The notes under the pieces: model-generated
The model's database searches: none
What the model saw: the letters and a program-made list of their open reading frames with translations, nothing else
Told to the model about the DNA's origin: nothing
Sequence record: PZ445406.1
DNA from: a phage
DNA length: 47,149 nucleotides
Direction: 5' to 3' (one strand)
Shown: positions 34,418 to 42,349 of the stretch, piece by piece
Layout of the letters: the number at the start of each line of letters is the position of its first letter
Numbering within the stretch: position 1 is the first letter of the stretch
Program-made: the position numbers and the translations under genes

Positions 34418-36001
34418 TCACCCCAGCAATCTCGGATTAATATAAACTTTATCACCAATCAGGCACGTATAGTTTTTCTCATCAAGCATTGGCAGTAAGT
34501 GATCTTTAATCTTCGTCATCACCCCAGCCTGAGCCTCGAACGGCTTAACCTTGCGCGCTGCCTCATACAATGAACGAACACCAACAACTCCCTTACCGTT
34601 TTTGCCTTGCTTGATCAGGATATCAATAAGCTTATTCATCTCGGCATTGTCTCCAGCGTGACCCGCAGCGTTGGCAGATGATAGATACGTCTTGCTCAGC
34701 TCCTGGAACATAATTACTGCCTCTTGCATGGTGTCTAGCTCAATCTCTCTTGACTTCTGTGGACTTCCACCGTTAGGGTTGAACCAGTTACGCACAGTGT
34801 GAAGAACCGCTGCAATCCTGATGGCCTGTTTATCGAACTTCCCCAACGCGCCGCGCAACATTGTGTGGGAATACTTACCGCCGTCAGCAAGGTGAGGTTC
34901 CATTTCCTGACGAGCGCGGTTTAGGTATTTCATTGCTGAATTACTCACTGTCAACTTTACTTCTTGCTCGTTCATTATTTCGTGAACCAATCGGAAGTAG
35001 TCAGCCTTCAACCCGCCATCAATTGGTTCATAAGTCGATTCGCCATTTTCATCAACGAATACACGCTCACCCAGGAATGACTTTTCACGAACCAAAAGGA
35101 AACGTTCAGATACACCGATACCGCGCGCACCAGCATTCATGATTGCGTTAATTGTTTCGTCTTGCGCAATTACAGAGATGCAGCCCATAGCAACGAAGCT
35201 CATGTTGTTCTCTGCGTTCGCACGGGCGATAGATACGTTACCAGCATCCCATGCTTTAAGCACAAGCTCGCTGTTCGTTTTCTTTGAGCCATCGCCATAC
35301 GTCATGCCAAGAAGTGAATTCACGCTCGTTGCTTCATCCGAGATTACTGCGAAGTTTCCCTGGCGGTTGTTTATTCGGGCCAAGCCTTCAGGCGTAGTGT
35401 CTGATACGGGGAAAACGATATCGCAAAGTTTCTCGAGCTTCTCCTCTAAATCTTCTTTTTCCTCAAATAGTGAAGCCATCTCTGACGGAGATTTTTCCTG
35501 CTTCATCTCTTTGGATAATGCAGATAGTTTGGCCATGATCTTTTTACGCTCACGCTTTCGCACTTCATTCAGTCGCTCAGTCTCGGCAATCATTGGAGCA
35601 ATTGAAAGTGAGTTAATAGCTGATTTACCAGTAGATGGTGGCTGGCTTGTTACGACGTAAAGCGACGTGGGCTGCTGAGTTCCGTGATACTCTACAGTGA
35701 ATCGACCAAGCATAGCAGCGGAAATACACCCCAGGAAGTGCATGTAAGCTGAAGATTCAGGGAACTGAACCGAACGAGCAATGTTGGCTGACAGTTTACC
35801 AACAACATCAATATCATTTCCTAGTGAGATTACAGGATACTTGTCATTGGCAGCGTCAATCTCTACTGGCGCCTTCCAGAATGATTGGGACTGTCGATAG
35901 CCATTAGCATTGATGGCGACACGCAAAGGCGGGAGGTTGTCTGCGGCAGCGATTGCCATAACCTGTTCAACAGATAGTTTATCTTCGTTGAAATCAAACA
36001 T
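34418..36001 (-). CDS. P-loop ATPase (possible replication helicase-like protein)
   Basis: Walker A-like PPSTGKS and Walker B-like VISDEA; coiled-coil insert; termini shared with 39187-39714 protein. Confidence 0.5.
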   Translation of the reverse strand: MFDFNEDKLSVEQVMAIAAADNLPPLRVAINANGYRQSQSFWKAPVEIDAANDKYPVISLGNDIDVVGKLSANIARSVQFPESSAYMHFLGCISAAMLGRFTVEYHGTQQPTSLYVVTSQPPSTGKSAINSLSIAPMIAETERLNEVRKRERKKIMAKLSALSKEMKQEKSPSEMASLFEEKEDLEEKLEKLCDIVFPVSDTTPEGLARINNRQGNFAVISDEATSVNSLLGMTYGDGSKKTNSELVLKAWDAGNVSIARANAENNMSFVAMGCISVIAQDETINAIMNAGARGIGVSERFLLVREKSFLGERVFVDENGESTYEPIDGGLKADYFRLVHEIMNEQEVKLTVSNSAMKYLNRARQEMEPHLADGGKYSHTMLRGALGKFDKQAIRIAAVLHTVRNWFNPNGGSPQKSREIELDTMQEAVIMFQELSKTYLSSANAAGHAGDNAEMNKLIDILIKQGKNGKGVVGVRSLYEAARKVKPFEAQAGVMTKIKDHLLPMLDEKNYTCLIGDKVYINPRLLG

Positions 36002-36075
36002 TACTTCTCTCCGTATTGTTTTTGAGAGGCCATTATATCAACGACCTCTTATAAAGCATTATCAATTTGTGCTAT

Positions 36076-36429
36076 TTACAGGTATTGAGCTTCAAATAAG
36101 TAAGTCTGGCAAAGAGTGTAAAAACCAACGTCCTCGCTGCGGTAAAGCTGCCAGGCATTACCATCTTCATCGTAAATGTAACCGGCAGACTGACCAAGGC
36201 CAGCATGAAGTGCCACCTGATAGCGCTTCCCTTCTTTAAAGTCTTTTTTAACACCTGATTTGTGGTTAACCCTTGTGCAGTAAAGCGTCTTAGTCTTGAT
36301 GTACTTACCGCGTTCTTCAAGGTTAATCCATTTTCCACCTTTCTTGATCTGCTCTACACCATCTTTAACGCGAGCTTTGTAGAGTACGTTTTCTTTGCTG
36401 ATGAAGTTTTTAGTCAGTGTAGTAGTCAT
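36076..36429 (-). CDS. hypothetical protein
   Basis: 117-aa ORF. Confidence 0.45.
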   Translation of the reverse strand: MTTTLTKNFISKENVLYKARVKDGVEQIKKGGKWINLEERGKYIKTKTLYCTRVNHKSGVKKDFKEGKRYQVALHAGLGQSAGYIYDEDGNAWQLYRSEDVGFYTLCQTYLFEAQYL

Positions 36430-36589
36430 TTTTTACTCTCTTCGTTGTCCACATGAATTTGTTAGGTACTGACTTGCGCACGATACGCACAACAATCTTG
36501 TCAACCTTCTGAACTAAGCCGTAAATCTTTCCATCAAGTGATGCTCTATAGGTGGCCTCTTCCATTGCGTCATTGAAGTTGTCGAACAT
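36410..36589 (-). CDS. hypothetical 59-aa protein
   Basis: Hand-translated; overlaps next gene start; not in ORF track. Confidence 0.3.
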   Translation of the reverse strand: MFDNFNDAMEEATYRASLDGKIYGLVQKVDKIVVRIVRKSVPNKFMWTTKRVKNDYYTD

Positions 36590-36592
36590 TTT

Positions 36593-36784
36593 CTATCTCT
36601 TTGTTGCGTAAGTAATGTTGCTTGCTGGAGTTGAGCATATGATATCAAGTGGTTTGCTATTGTGCTTAATTGTCTTGCTTTGTTCTCTAGCTGCCAAAAT
36701 TGAATCAATAATCCTTTGAATGATAACCTTATCTCGCTTGCTTGACAGCTTGTGGCGTCTCATTAAAGTTTTGATGTCTTGCAT
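36593..36784 (-). CDS. hypothetical basic protein
   Basis: Phage-type promoter and GGAGGGG SD upstream on minus strand. Confidence 0.5.
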   Translation of the reverse strand: MQDIKTLMRRHKLSSKRDKVIIQRIIDSILAAREQSKTIKHNSKPLDIICSTPASNITYATKR

Positions 36785-36814
36785 TTTTCGTACCCCTCCC
36801 GTTTCGATGAGATT

Positions 36815-36858
36815 AATATACAGGAAAAGCCCCTAAGGGCTTTAGCAATTCGTGCTAT
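36815..36858 (-). promoter_or_regulatory. phage-type promoter module with terminator hairpin in its spacer
   Basis: Minus strand ATAGCACGAATTGCTA, 22-bp spacer containing AGCCCTTAGGGGCT hairpin, TATATT. Confidence 0.5.
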
Positions 36859-37006
36859 TTTGTGCCTTTTCTATCGCCTTGAGCATAATTTCATGACTCT
36901 CAAGCAAGTCTTCTCGGAACCAGTCTCCGCAAGGCCAACCCTTTCCGCTGTAGGCACTTATGACCTCAAGATCAAAATAATTTATCTCAGATGGTAATAG
37001 CATCAT
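36842..37006 (-). CDS. hypothetical 54-aa protein
   Basis: Hand-translated; ATGA overlap with upstream gene; stop lies in TGCTAA half of promoter palindrome. Confidence 0.3.
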   Translation of the reverse strand: MMLLPSEINYFDLEVISAYSGKGWPCGDWFREDLLESHEIMLKAIEKAQNSTNC

Positions 37007-37242
37007 TTCACCTCGTCAAAAGTTGCAATACCAGGGATAAACATTCCAACCTTCCAGCGCGCAATGGCAATCCACCCAGAATCGTGCTTGTGAGGTCGCT
37101 CAGCGCCATTAATCAACCACTCGTTCGGGATTGTCTTGCCGTTAATGATTAGCGGCTCAGCGTCGTATACACAGCCTTTAACGAATGGCGTTAAGACTTT
37201 TTTGTCGGTGCTGGTAATAACATTGGTGCAGCGAATTTTCAT
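37003..37242 (-). CDS. hypothetical protein
   Basis: 79-aa ORF. Confidence 0.45.
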   Translation of the reverse strand: MKIRCTNVITSTDKKVLTPFVKGCVYDAEPLIINGKTIPNEWLINGAERPHKHDSGWIAIARWKVGMFIPGIATFDEVK

Positions 37243-37412
37243 TGCACCACCTCAAACTCATCAGGGTGAATAACAAGTGGCTTACCACTCCCATCAATAA
37301 TTACCACTCTACCATCGCCACACTCATTTAATACCGCGTAGACTCCACCAATCTCAATCCCGTAATAACATGGCGTGTAAATCGTATCAAACTTAACTAA
37401 CTTAATTTTCAT
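37239..37412 (-). CDS. hypothetical 57-aa protein
   Basis: GAGGA SD; ATGA overlap with next gene; not in ORF track. Confidence 0.35.
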   Translation of the reverse strand: MKIKLVKFDTIYTPCYYGIEIGGVYAVLNECGDGRVVIIDGSGKPLVIHPDEFEVVQ

Positions 37413-37422
37413 ATCTCAATCC

Positions 37423-37599
37423 TCAAAATGGTAAGCATTCAGTGCAGCCGAGGCCGTCACAACAGAAAAACTCATCCTCTGACTGGAATTGCTTGGCTAA
37501 ATCTATATCCAGTTTTCCACGAACCACAAGGTCGGTGTAATCTTCATTAAGCCCAATCAGTGCACATTCGTGGCGTAGCACGTCTTTTCTGTTCATCAT
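37423..37599 (-). CDS. hypothetical 58-aa Cys-rich protein
   Basis: GGAG SD; CCDGLGCTEC cluster; not in ORF track. Confidence 0.35.
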   Translation of the reverse strand: MMNRKDVLRHECALIGLNEDYTDLVVRGKLDIDLAKQFQSEDEFFCCDGLGCTECLPF

Positions 37600-37931
37600 T
37601 TTTTCAACTCCGCTTTCTGAACACTTGAAATCTCACCTTTGCTTAACAACCGCCCTTTACTGAACCGATGACAAATGAACTTAACGGAAAAGTAGTCACT
37701 CGGATCGAGCGCCACACGCTTTTCCATGAAGACCTTGCGGCTTGAGGCCAGAAATACTTTGCTGCCTTTCTTACCCACTCTTGATCGCAACAGCTCATAG
37801 GTTGAATCGACAAACTGATACTTAAAGCGCCAGGCTCCGTAAGCCCACAAATACATCCGGCCAGACGGAGTCATGAACCTGGTCTTTCCGTCAGTTGCGT
37901 CCTTCCAGACAACTCCGTAAACAATGCTCAT
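37596..37931 (-). CDS. hypothetical protein
   Basis: First leftward gene from control region B; phage-type promoter and AAAGGAG SD. Confidence 0.5.
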   Translation of the reverse strand: MSIVYGVVWKDATDGKTRFMTPSGRMYLWAYGAWRFKYQFVDSTYELLRSRVGKKGSKVFLASSRKVFMEKRVALDPSDYFSVKFICHRFSKGRLLSKGEISSVQKAELKK

Positions 37932-37964
37932 TTATTTCTCCTTTCCTCTCGTTTCTAGGACTGA

Positions 37965-38009
37965 ATCATAGCAACCAACCACTGATAGGTCATTAGCAAA
38001 AAGTGCTAT
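37965..38009 (-). promoter_or_regulatory. phage-type promoter module (leftward from region B)
   Basis: Minus strand ATAGCAC-tttt-TGCTAA, 22-bp spacer, TATGAT. Confidence 0.5.
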
Positions 38010-38569
38010 TCGTTAGATTTATGGATTGTTGCAGATATTGAAATTATTATCATGATTATTGCACATATAGCAATATTGCTTCAGATGCAATGATGTTTTT
38101 GATTGTTGCGGATTGAGCAATGAAGTGGTGGGGGAGTGAATGAAAGATGGATGGACTAACATACAAGTTGATTTTGACTCCCGATAACCTATCCTGTGGT
38201 ATACACGTAACCGCCGTATACTCAGTGTCGTCACAAAAGTTAGTGGACACTAACCTACGTTTTTTACGCCAATATACACTCGATATACAATATAATATCT
38301 ATATATATCAACCTTTTACTTTATTATTATTATTATTATTATATATATGTATACCGTGTATACCGGTCATGGATGGAATAGTTGATATGTTCCGCGCAGA
38401 TATTCTGACACTTGTCAGAAAGGGATGACATTGTAGGAATAAAAAGGCACATATATAGGAAATATCCTCAAAAATCTGTACACAGTGGATACGGCAGGTT
38501 TACAACCAGTGCCGGAGCGGGCTTGAGAGGCAAAATGCGTATCCATGATAAAATATACTAAAATATACA

Positions 38570-38598
38570 TTGACCGACACGTAAATAGGTGGCAATAT
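38570..38598 (+). promoter_or_regulatory. sigma70-like promoter (rightward from region B)
   Basis: TTGACC, 17-18 bp spacer, CAATAT/AATATA; leader CACTGAAACGAAG follows. Confidence 0.4.
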
Positions 38599-38638
38599 AG
38601 CAATCACTGAAACGAAGTAAACCAAACGAGGTATTAAC

Positions 38639-39187
38639 ATGCAGAAAGTAACACTAGGTGAAGTTATCCGCGAGATGGTTCGTAACGCGATGGCGTCTGA
38701 TGGTGGTGAATTCAAAGTTCCGGTTAGCCAGATATTCAAGCTGGTTCGCGGGAAAGAATACCCTGAGATGCGGTATGATGAGGATACCAGTGAGATCCTA
38801 AACCTTGCAGATAGGGCGATGCCGGAACTAAAGAACTCATACATTTATAATACGGTTTCGAGAATGACCGAGCTTCGAGATGCAAACAAGCGAGCGCGCT
38901 ATAAGTTCATCTGGATTGATGAGGATGGCGAGCAGGTAAGCCCTGGTAGCTTCGATGGTGATGGCGCCGATAAATACCTGGTAATATACATTGAGGACGG
39001 CGCGCACTGGACTGGAAGTCGCGAGAAGAAAAAGCAGGAATCGGAGAGGGAGGCAGCAACCATTGAAAGGTTTAAATCTCGATTGCTCAAGCTGTCACCT
39101 AGCGTCGCTGGGCTGGAAGGTGATGAACTTAAGGGTGCTGTTGCAATGATTAATGCTTATCAGGAAATGATTAAGGAAACCAAATAA
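38639..39187 (+). CDS. hypothetical protein (first rightward early gene)
   Basis: sigma70-like promoter and conserved leader upstream. Confidence 0.5.
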   Translation: MQKVTLGEVIREMVRNAMASDGGEFKVPVSQIFKLVRGKEYPEMRYDEDTSEILNLADRAMPELKNSYIYNTVSRMTELRDANKRARYKFIWIDEDGEQVSPGSFDGDGADKYLVIYIEDGAHWTGSREKKKQESEREAATIERFKSRLLKLSPSVAGLEGDELKGAVAMINAYQEMIKETK

Positions 39188-39714
39188 TGTTTGATTTCAA
39201 CGAAGAAAAGCTGACAGATGAGCAGGTCATGAGTATTGCGAAGCAGGATGGGATTCCCCCGCTACGGGTTGCAATCAATGCAAACGGGTATCGTCATGTT
39301 CAACACCTCTGGAGTCATCCTGATGCGTCATCAATCCACAAGGGTGAGGCTGTTGAGGTTCTGCTGACAGCGATAAGGACTGAATCTATAGCTCGCAGGG
39401 GAGTTGTTGGCTTACAGAAGTCTTATGACCTAATTAGGAAGCTAAAGAGGTTTAAAGGTGACAATGACGGGCTAATGGAGAGGATTAAGGACGAAATGAT
39501 TCCAGAGCTAGAGAAAGCGAATCTCGTTTGCCTCATTGGAGATAAGATTTATGTCCACCCGGCTATCATTGAGGAGTCCTGGCAACCCAACTTCAAAACT
39601 TACGAAGGTGATCACACTAGTAGACTACCATACCACTTGCGGTACAGTGAGGCGGAGGTGGAAGAGGCTATTGAGTTCTACCGGAAGACTAAATCACTCC
39701 TGAATGGCGAATAG
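39187..39714 (+). CDS. hypothetical protein sharing N- and C-termini with the 34418-36001 ATPase
   Basis: First ~40 aa and last ~30 aa align with the 527-aa protein; central domain absent. Confidence 0.5.
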   Translation: MFDFNEEKLTDEQVMSIAKQDGIPPLRVAINANGYRHVQHLWSHPDASSIHKGEAVEVLLTAIRTESIARRGVVGLQKSYDLIRKLKRFKGDNDGLMERIKDEMIPELEKANLVCLIGDKIYVHPAIIEESWQPNFKTYEGDHTSRLPYHLRYSEAEVEEAIEFYRKTKSLLNGE

Positions 39715-39754
39715 CACGAATTGCTAAACAATGGATCGGGTAGTCAGCTATGAT
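39711..39754 (+). promoter_or_regulatory. phage-type promoter module
   Basis: ATAGCACGAATTGCTA, 22-bp spacer, TATGAT. Confidence 0.5.
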
Positions 39755-39784
39755 TACCCTATCAACAACGAAGAGGAAATGAAG

Positions 39785-39994
39785 ATGGAAGCTGTAATTA
39801 TCGAAGATTTCGCAGGTGACAGCACGGAGGTGTCGACTTCAGTATATTACGACGGCATCGTGAGCATTGACATTGACCTGGATAACTTAGGCGATAGATA
39901 CACGCTCGCCCACTATACACCAGAGGCGGCCCGCAAATTGGCGGCGGCATTAATCCTGGCGGCGGACGAGGCGGACGAGGTGGAGAAAAAATGA
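39785..39994 (+). CDS. hypothetical acidic protein
   Basis: ATG 39785 downstream of phage-type promoter; track start 39731 lies upstream of the -10. Confidence 0.4.
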   Translation: MEAVIIEDFAGDSTEVSTSVYYDGIVSIDIDLDNLGDRYTLAHYTPEAARKLAAALILAADEADEVEKK

Positions 39995-40254
39995 AACGTT
40001 TAATGACATGCATGACCATTATTGCGGCAATTATTGCTCTTACTGGTTGCGAGAAAGCACCGGAGGTTCAGATTCAGTCAGGTGAATTCAATGTGGAGCG
40101 TCTATTCACAGTGGATGGATGTACCGCCTACCGATTCCGAGATAGCGGTAAAGCCGTCTACTACACAAATTGCCATGGCAGTACGCAGAGTGAGTACAAG
40201 TCCGGCAAGGTCACGAAACAAGAAATAGTTCAGACAAATCGCACGAATTGGTAA
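39991..40254 (+). CDS. small lipoprotein (early-expressed; candidate exclusion or envelope effector)
   Basis: Signal peptide with lipobox LTGC; ATGA overlap with upstream gene. Confidence 0.5.
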   Translation: MKRLMTCMTIIAAIIALTGCEKAPEVQIQSGEFNVERLFTVDGCTAYRFRDSGKAVYYTNCHGSTQSEYKSGKVTKQEIVQTNRTNW

Positions 40255-40281
40255 AAGGGGATTCATCCTGACTGGTATAAT
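40238..40281 (+). promoter_or_regulatory. phage-type promoter module (variant)
   Basis: ATCGCACGAATTGGTA, 22-bp spacer, TATAAT. Confidence 0.45.
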
Positions 40282-40436
40282 CCAACGCATCAACCAAATG
40301 AATGGAAGTTAAGTGACGATATACGAACATAAATTCAGTAGCAGGGGTATTGATATGCTCCTGCACTATGTAGACGAAAAATACGCAAAGCTAATGCTTA
40401 AGACGCATGGCGGCACAATAACGAGGATTAACATAA

Positions 40437-41054
40437 ATGGCTAAAATAATCATTCTTAATGGACCTGCTTCTATTGGTAAGGACACTATCGGTAACGCGC
40501 TTGTGAAAGATTACAATTGCATCCCGACAAGCTTTAAGCTTCCTATTTTTGAGATCGCAGCTTCAGTCCTTGGCACTCGGGCGTTCAGTAAGTTCATCAC
40601 GGCTTATAATGACCGAGATCAGAAAGAGATGCCTCATGATTTTCTCGGTGGGAAAACGTGTCGAGAGTTCATGATCTGGATTAGCGAGTCGGTGGTCAAG
40701 CCGCTATTTGGCAATCAGCACTTCGGTAAGCTGACGAGCGAGCGTATCCAGCTTTGTGACGAGGGATTTAGCTTTGTTTGCACTGATGGCGGTTTTCCTG
40801 ATGAGGTTATACGCCTGGTGGAAGATGGTCACTATGTTACCGTTGTGCGCCTGTTCATGGATGGCAAGACCTTCGCGGGAGATAGCCGTGATTATATCCG
40901 CATCAAGGAATCGCACTTCCCTGATTATAGGCAATATAACGAGCATGATGTACATCTGGTGAATGGTGATATTGACGGCGGCGTCATGGCAGTGGTTCGC
41001 GCCTGCGGTATCCGTCCTGCAATCGACGAGTGGGCCGACGATATTCCCTGGTAA
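40437..41054 (+). CDS. P-loop nucleotide kinase (dNMP kinase-like)
   Basis: Walker A GPASIGKDT resembling T4 gp1 P-loop; ~155-nt leader after phage-type promoter. Confidence 0.5.
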   Translation: MAKIIILNGPASIGKDTIGNALVKDYNCIPTSFKLPIFEIAASVLGTRAFSKFITAYNDRDQKEMPHDFLGGKTCREFMIWISESVVKPLFGNQHFGKLTSERIQLCDEGFSFVCTDGGFPDEVIRLVEDGHYVTVVRLFMDGKTFAGDSRDYIRIKESHFPDYRQYNEHDVHLVNGDIDGGVMAVVRACGIRPAIDEWADDIPW

Positions 41055-41098
41055 ATAGCACGAATTGCTAAACCAGCTCCGGCGGGTTCTGTTATAGT
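41055..41098 (+). promoter_or_regulatory. phage-type promoter module
   Basis: ATAGCACGAATTGCTA, 22-bp spacer, TATAGT. Confidence 0.55.
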
Positions 41099-41127
41099 TA
41101 GTTCACACCAAACGAGAGGAAAGATAA

Positions 41128-41319
41128 ATGATTACGATTAACCTATCAGAAGAAATGGCCGCTGACCTTATTGATTCACTAAGCCTGGTTAAAATTCGAT
41201 ATGGAACTTACCACATGAGCGAATCAGTAAAGGAAGTGGTAAAGCAAGTTAAGCAGCAGGTCGGAGCTACCAAAATCGAATTGCAGAACACCCCATACGA
41301 TTTTAATAAAGGTGAATAA
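41128..41319 (+). CDS. hypothetical small protein (MITINLS family, copy 1)
   Basis: Phage-type promoter and GAGAGGA SD. Confidence 0.5.
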   Translation: MITINLSEEMAADLIDSLSLVKIRYGTYHMSESVKEVVKQVKQQVGATKIELQNTPYDFNKGE

Positions 41320-41320
41320 G

Positions 41321-41548
41321 ATGATTACAATCAACCTGTCAGACAAGCAGGCGGCAGAACTCAAGTCCATGATGAACTCTTTCATGCCAACGCGCTGCGA
41401 CGGTCAGCGTAATGTGGTAGATGAGGTTAGAGACCAAATCAACAATCAGCAATTCGACGTCAGTGACTTCGAGTCATCACGTCAGTACGAGGCGCTTAGC
41501 GTTAATGCTGCATACCTGGCTAACTGGGATAAGGCAACGAAGAAATGA
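41321..41548 (+). CDS. hypothetical small protein (MITINLS family, copy 2)
   Basis: ATG 41321 with AAGGTGA SD; same N-terminus as copy 1. Confidence 0.5.
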   Translation: MITINLSDKQAAELKSMMNSFMPTRCDGQRNVVDEVRDQINNQQFDVSDFESSRQYEALSVNAAYLANWDKATKK

Positions 41549-41691
41549 TTTACATCCACACTTACTACACTGGCAAGTTCAATAGCGTTAAGCACGTTCG
41601 GGTTTATGAGGATTTTAAAGAAGCATTCAAGCAGCAGGAGGTTCTTGGTGGAGTTGTCCAGGAATGTGAAATTCTAGAAGAATACAAATAG
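41545..41691 (+). CDS. hypothetical 48-aa protein
   Basis: ATGA overlap; stop TAG is part of next promoter TAGCAC; not in ORF track. Confidence 0.35.
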   Translation: MIYIHTYYTGKFNSVKHVRVYEDFKEAFKQQEVLGGVVQECEILEEYK

Positions 41692-41731
41692 CACTAATTG
41701 TTAAAACAACATTGGGGTAATTTGATATAGT
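41688..41731 (+). promoter_or_regulatory. phage-type promoter module
   Basis: ATAGCAC-taat-TGTTAA, 22-bp spacer, TATAGT, leader TTACCCCATCGAAACGAA. Confidence 0.55.
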
Positions 41732-41761
41732 TACCCCATCGAAACGAATGAGGACAAACAG

Positions 41762-42007
41762 ATGGATAAAGACCCAATATTTGACATGATGATGAGTCAG
41801 TGTGAGGCAGTGGGTAAAGAAATGGCAATGCGGTTCCACCAATCAGAGCCCAAGCTACAGGCCAACCACTTCGACGGCTACGCAACATTCATCATTGCCC
41901 AGGCGTGCGGTATGCGTGAAGAGCCACAGGTTCACAGCATTCACTTGACCGAAGAACAGGCTAGAGAACTGGCTTACGAAATTCTAGAGCAACTTAATAA
42001 AATTTGA
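41762..42007 (+). CDS. hypothetical acidic protein
   Basis: Phage-type promoter, leader and GAGGA SD. Confidence 0.5.
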   Translation: MDKDPIFDMMMSQCEAVGKEMAMRFHQSEPKLQANHFDGYATFIIAQACGMREEPQVHSIHLTEEQARELAYEILEQLNKI

Positions 42008-42016
42008 GGTTACAAA

Positions 42017-42172
42017 ATGGCTACTTGGGTTCTTGTTATAATGATTTACAATGCTGGAGTTGAGAGCATTGAGATGGATAGTAAGCAAACCTGCATAGAG
42101 GCAGTGGAAATTATAATGGATAATAAGGTGTCATCTCAAACAAAGGCTGTTTGCATCAGGAAAAAAGAATAA
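42017..42172 (+). CDS. hypothetical 51-aa protein with hydrophobic N-terminus
   Basis: GAGGT SD; not in ORF track. Confidence 0.35.
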   Translation: MATWVLVIMIYNAGVESIEMDSKQTCIEAVEIIMDNKVSSQTKAVCIRKKE

Positions 42173-42217
42173 CAACACGCATTCTAACTAACAATAATTT
42201 AAGCAAGGTGATTCATC

Positions 42218-42349
42218 ATGAAAGTGCAAGAAAGCCCAGTGGAGTGGTGTAAGCGAATGCAGGACAAAGCCGAGACTGGTGAAGAGGCGATGGCTTATTA
42301 CGAGCTGGCGCAAATGTGGATGGAACGGGAGAAGAAGAGCGATGATTAA
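42218..42349 (+). CDS. hypothetical 43-aa protein
   Basis: AAGGTGA SD 6 nt upstream; not in ORF track. Confidence 0.35.
   Translation: MKVQESPVEWCKRMQDKAETGEEAMAYYELAQMWMEREKKSDD

Larger units (their letters stand above)
37932..38638. repeat. AT-rich divergent control region B with iterons and (TTA)7 microsatellite
   Basis: About 700 bp noncoding; 13-mer GATT(G/A)TTGC(A/G)(G/C)AT x3 at 38025, 38054, 38101; (TTA)7 at 38320-38340; shared 19-mer at 38295-38313. Confidence 0.6.

Noticed and set aside
153-35660. Antisense or out-of-frame ORFs inside large genes (for example 153-359, 1742-1987, 7866-8093, 13835-14032, 23792-24016, 25643-25927, 27780-28124, 35139-35660)
   Set aside because: Each lies wholly within a longer ORF with recognisable protein features; none has expression signals; they are typical shadow ORFs.
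36514-36708. ORF-track minus-strand 64-aa ORF
   Set aside because: Out of frame with and overlapping two better-supported coupled ORFs (36410-36589 and 36593-36784) that have SDs and a promoter.
38019-38603. ORF-track entries inside control region B (38019-38234, 38056-38250, 38147-38428, 38415-38603, and the 5' part of 38500-38844)
   Set aside because: AT-rich low-complexity sequence full of repeats and promoter elements, no SDs, mutually overlapping frames; treated as noncoding.
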